From Macrostomum hystrix (Eukaryota > Animalia > Platyhelminthes): a DNA stretch of 64,000 bases. This document shows, in pieces, positions 62,526 to 64,000 of the stretch. A model generated the notes under the pieces. It ran no database searches. It saw only the letters and a list, made by a program, of their open reading frames with translations, and was not told where the DNA came from. The first letter of the stretch is position 1. Each line of letters begins with the position of its first letter. Where the stretch lies: the NCBI GenBank assembly GCA_950097015.1, contig CATNEN010000005.1, positions 1,426,001 to 1,490,000 of the forward strand. Reading direction: 5' to 3'. The position numbers and the translations under genes were made by a program.

Positions 62526-64000
62526 AGGCTATAGGTCTCACCTAGGACACTGTGAATCTCACTTAGGAGACTGAATCTCACCTAGGACACTGTGAATCTC
62601 ACTTAGGAGACTGTGAATCTCACTTAGGAGACTGTGAATCTCACTTAGGAGACTGTGAATCTCACTTAGGAGACTGTGAATCTCACTTAGAAGACTGTGA
62701 GTCTCACTTAGGACACTGTGAATCTCACTTAGGAGACTGTGAATCTCACTTAGGAGACTGTGAATCTCACTTAGGAGACTATGAATCTCACTTAGGAGAC
62801 TATGAATCTCACTTAGGAGACTGTGAATCTCACTTAGGAGACTTTAAAACTAACTTAGGAGACTATGAATCTCACTTAGGAGACTGTGAATCTCACTTAG
62901 GAGACTGTGAATCTCACTTAGGAGACTGTGAATCTCACTTAGAAGACTGTGAGTCTCACTTAGGACACTGTGAATCTCACTTAGGAGACTGTGAATCTCA
63001 CTTAGGAGACTGTGAATCTCACTTAGGAGACTGTGAATCTCACTTAGGAGACTATGAATCTCACTTAGGAGACTATGAATCTCACTTAGGAGACTATGAA
63101 TCTCACTTAGGAGACTATGAATCTCACTTAGGAGACTATGAATCTCACTTAGGAGACTGTGAATCTCACTTAGGAGACTATGAATCTCACTTAGGAGACT
63201 GTGAATCTCACTTAGGAGACTATGAATCTCACTTAGGAGACTATGAATCTCACTTAGGAGACTATGAATCTCACTTAGGAGACTGTGAATCTCACTTAGG
63301 ATACTGTGAATCTCACTTAGGAGACTATGAATCTCACTTAGGAGACTGTGAATCTTACTTAGGAGACTATGAATCTCACTTAGGAGACTGTGAATCTCAC
63401 TTAGGATACTGTGAATCTCACTTAGGAGACTATGAATCTCACTTAGGAGACTGTGAATCTCACTTAGGAGACTGTGAATCTCACTTAGGAGACTGTGAAT
63501 CTCACTTAGAAGACTATGAATCTCACTTAGGAGACTATGAATCTCACTTAGGAGACTATGAATCTCACTTAGGAGACTGTGAATCTCACTTAGTAGACTA
63601 TGAATCTCACTTAGGAGACTATGAATCTCACTTAGGAGACTGTGAATCTGACTTAGGAGACTATGAATCTCACTTAGGAGACTGTGAATCTCACTTAGGA
63701 GACTGTGAATCTCACTTAGGAGACTGTGAATCTCACTTAGGAGACTATGAATCTCACTTAGGAGACTGTGAATCTCACTTAGGAGACTATGAATCTCACT
63801 TAGGAGACTATGAATCTCACTTAGGAGACTATGAATCTCACTTAGGAGACTATGAATCTCACTTAGGAGACTATGAATCTCACTTAGGAGACTATGAATC
63901 TCACTTAGGAGACTGTGAATCTCACTTAGGAGACTGTGAATCTCACTTAGGAGACTATGAATCTCACTTAGGAGACTGTGAATCTCACTTAGGAGACTAT
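62526..64000. repeat. Intronic 21-bp minisatellite (gaatctcacttaggagact[g/a]t)n, about 70 copies, running off the window
   Basis: Direct reading. Confidence 0.95.

Noticed and set aside
62526-64000. This and other repeat arrays as CRISPR
   Set aside because: Units are directly adjacent with no unique spacers, there are no cas genes, and the context is eukaryotic introns.

Overview
Eukaryotic (animal) genomic DNA with GT-AG introns, AT-rich introns and spacers full of 19-98 bp minisatellites, GC-rich exons and tRNA-derived SINEs. The style suggests a free-living flatworm such as Macrostomum, but that is inference only. Host genes I could rebuild by hand, with consistent splice phases wherever there is more than one coding exon, are an intronless metallothionein (32.3-32.5 kb), a DUF229 alkaline-phosphatase-superfamily protein, a divergent PPP/PP1-like Ser/Thr phosphatase, a CSRNP/AXUD1 homolog, ARL5, a shootin-1-like coiled-coil/polyproline protein, and the last three exons of a KDM6/UTX demethylase. 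The left half is dominated by mobile DNA. An intron-containing KDZ (Kyakuja-Dileera-Zisupton) transposase is split by a full-length, apparently intact LOA-like LINE (20292-26669, 13-bp target-site duplication) whose 5' UTR carries a 98-bp monomer array with a covarying hairpin. There are also a Merlin-type deletion derivative with TIRs and an 8-bp TSD, RTE/LINE and hAT relics, SINEs and orphan ORFs. The most intriguing observations are an ARL5 whose conserved Gly2 sits directly after a splice acceptor (candidate for a spliced-leader-donated AUG), the LINE monomer array, a metallothionein built from a duplicated 7-Cys module, and two diverged inverted bipartite-motif elements bracketing the 25-kb KDZ region. 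No CRISPR arrays, rRNA or convincing functional tRNA genes were seen.
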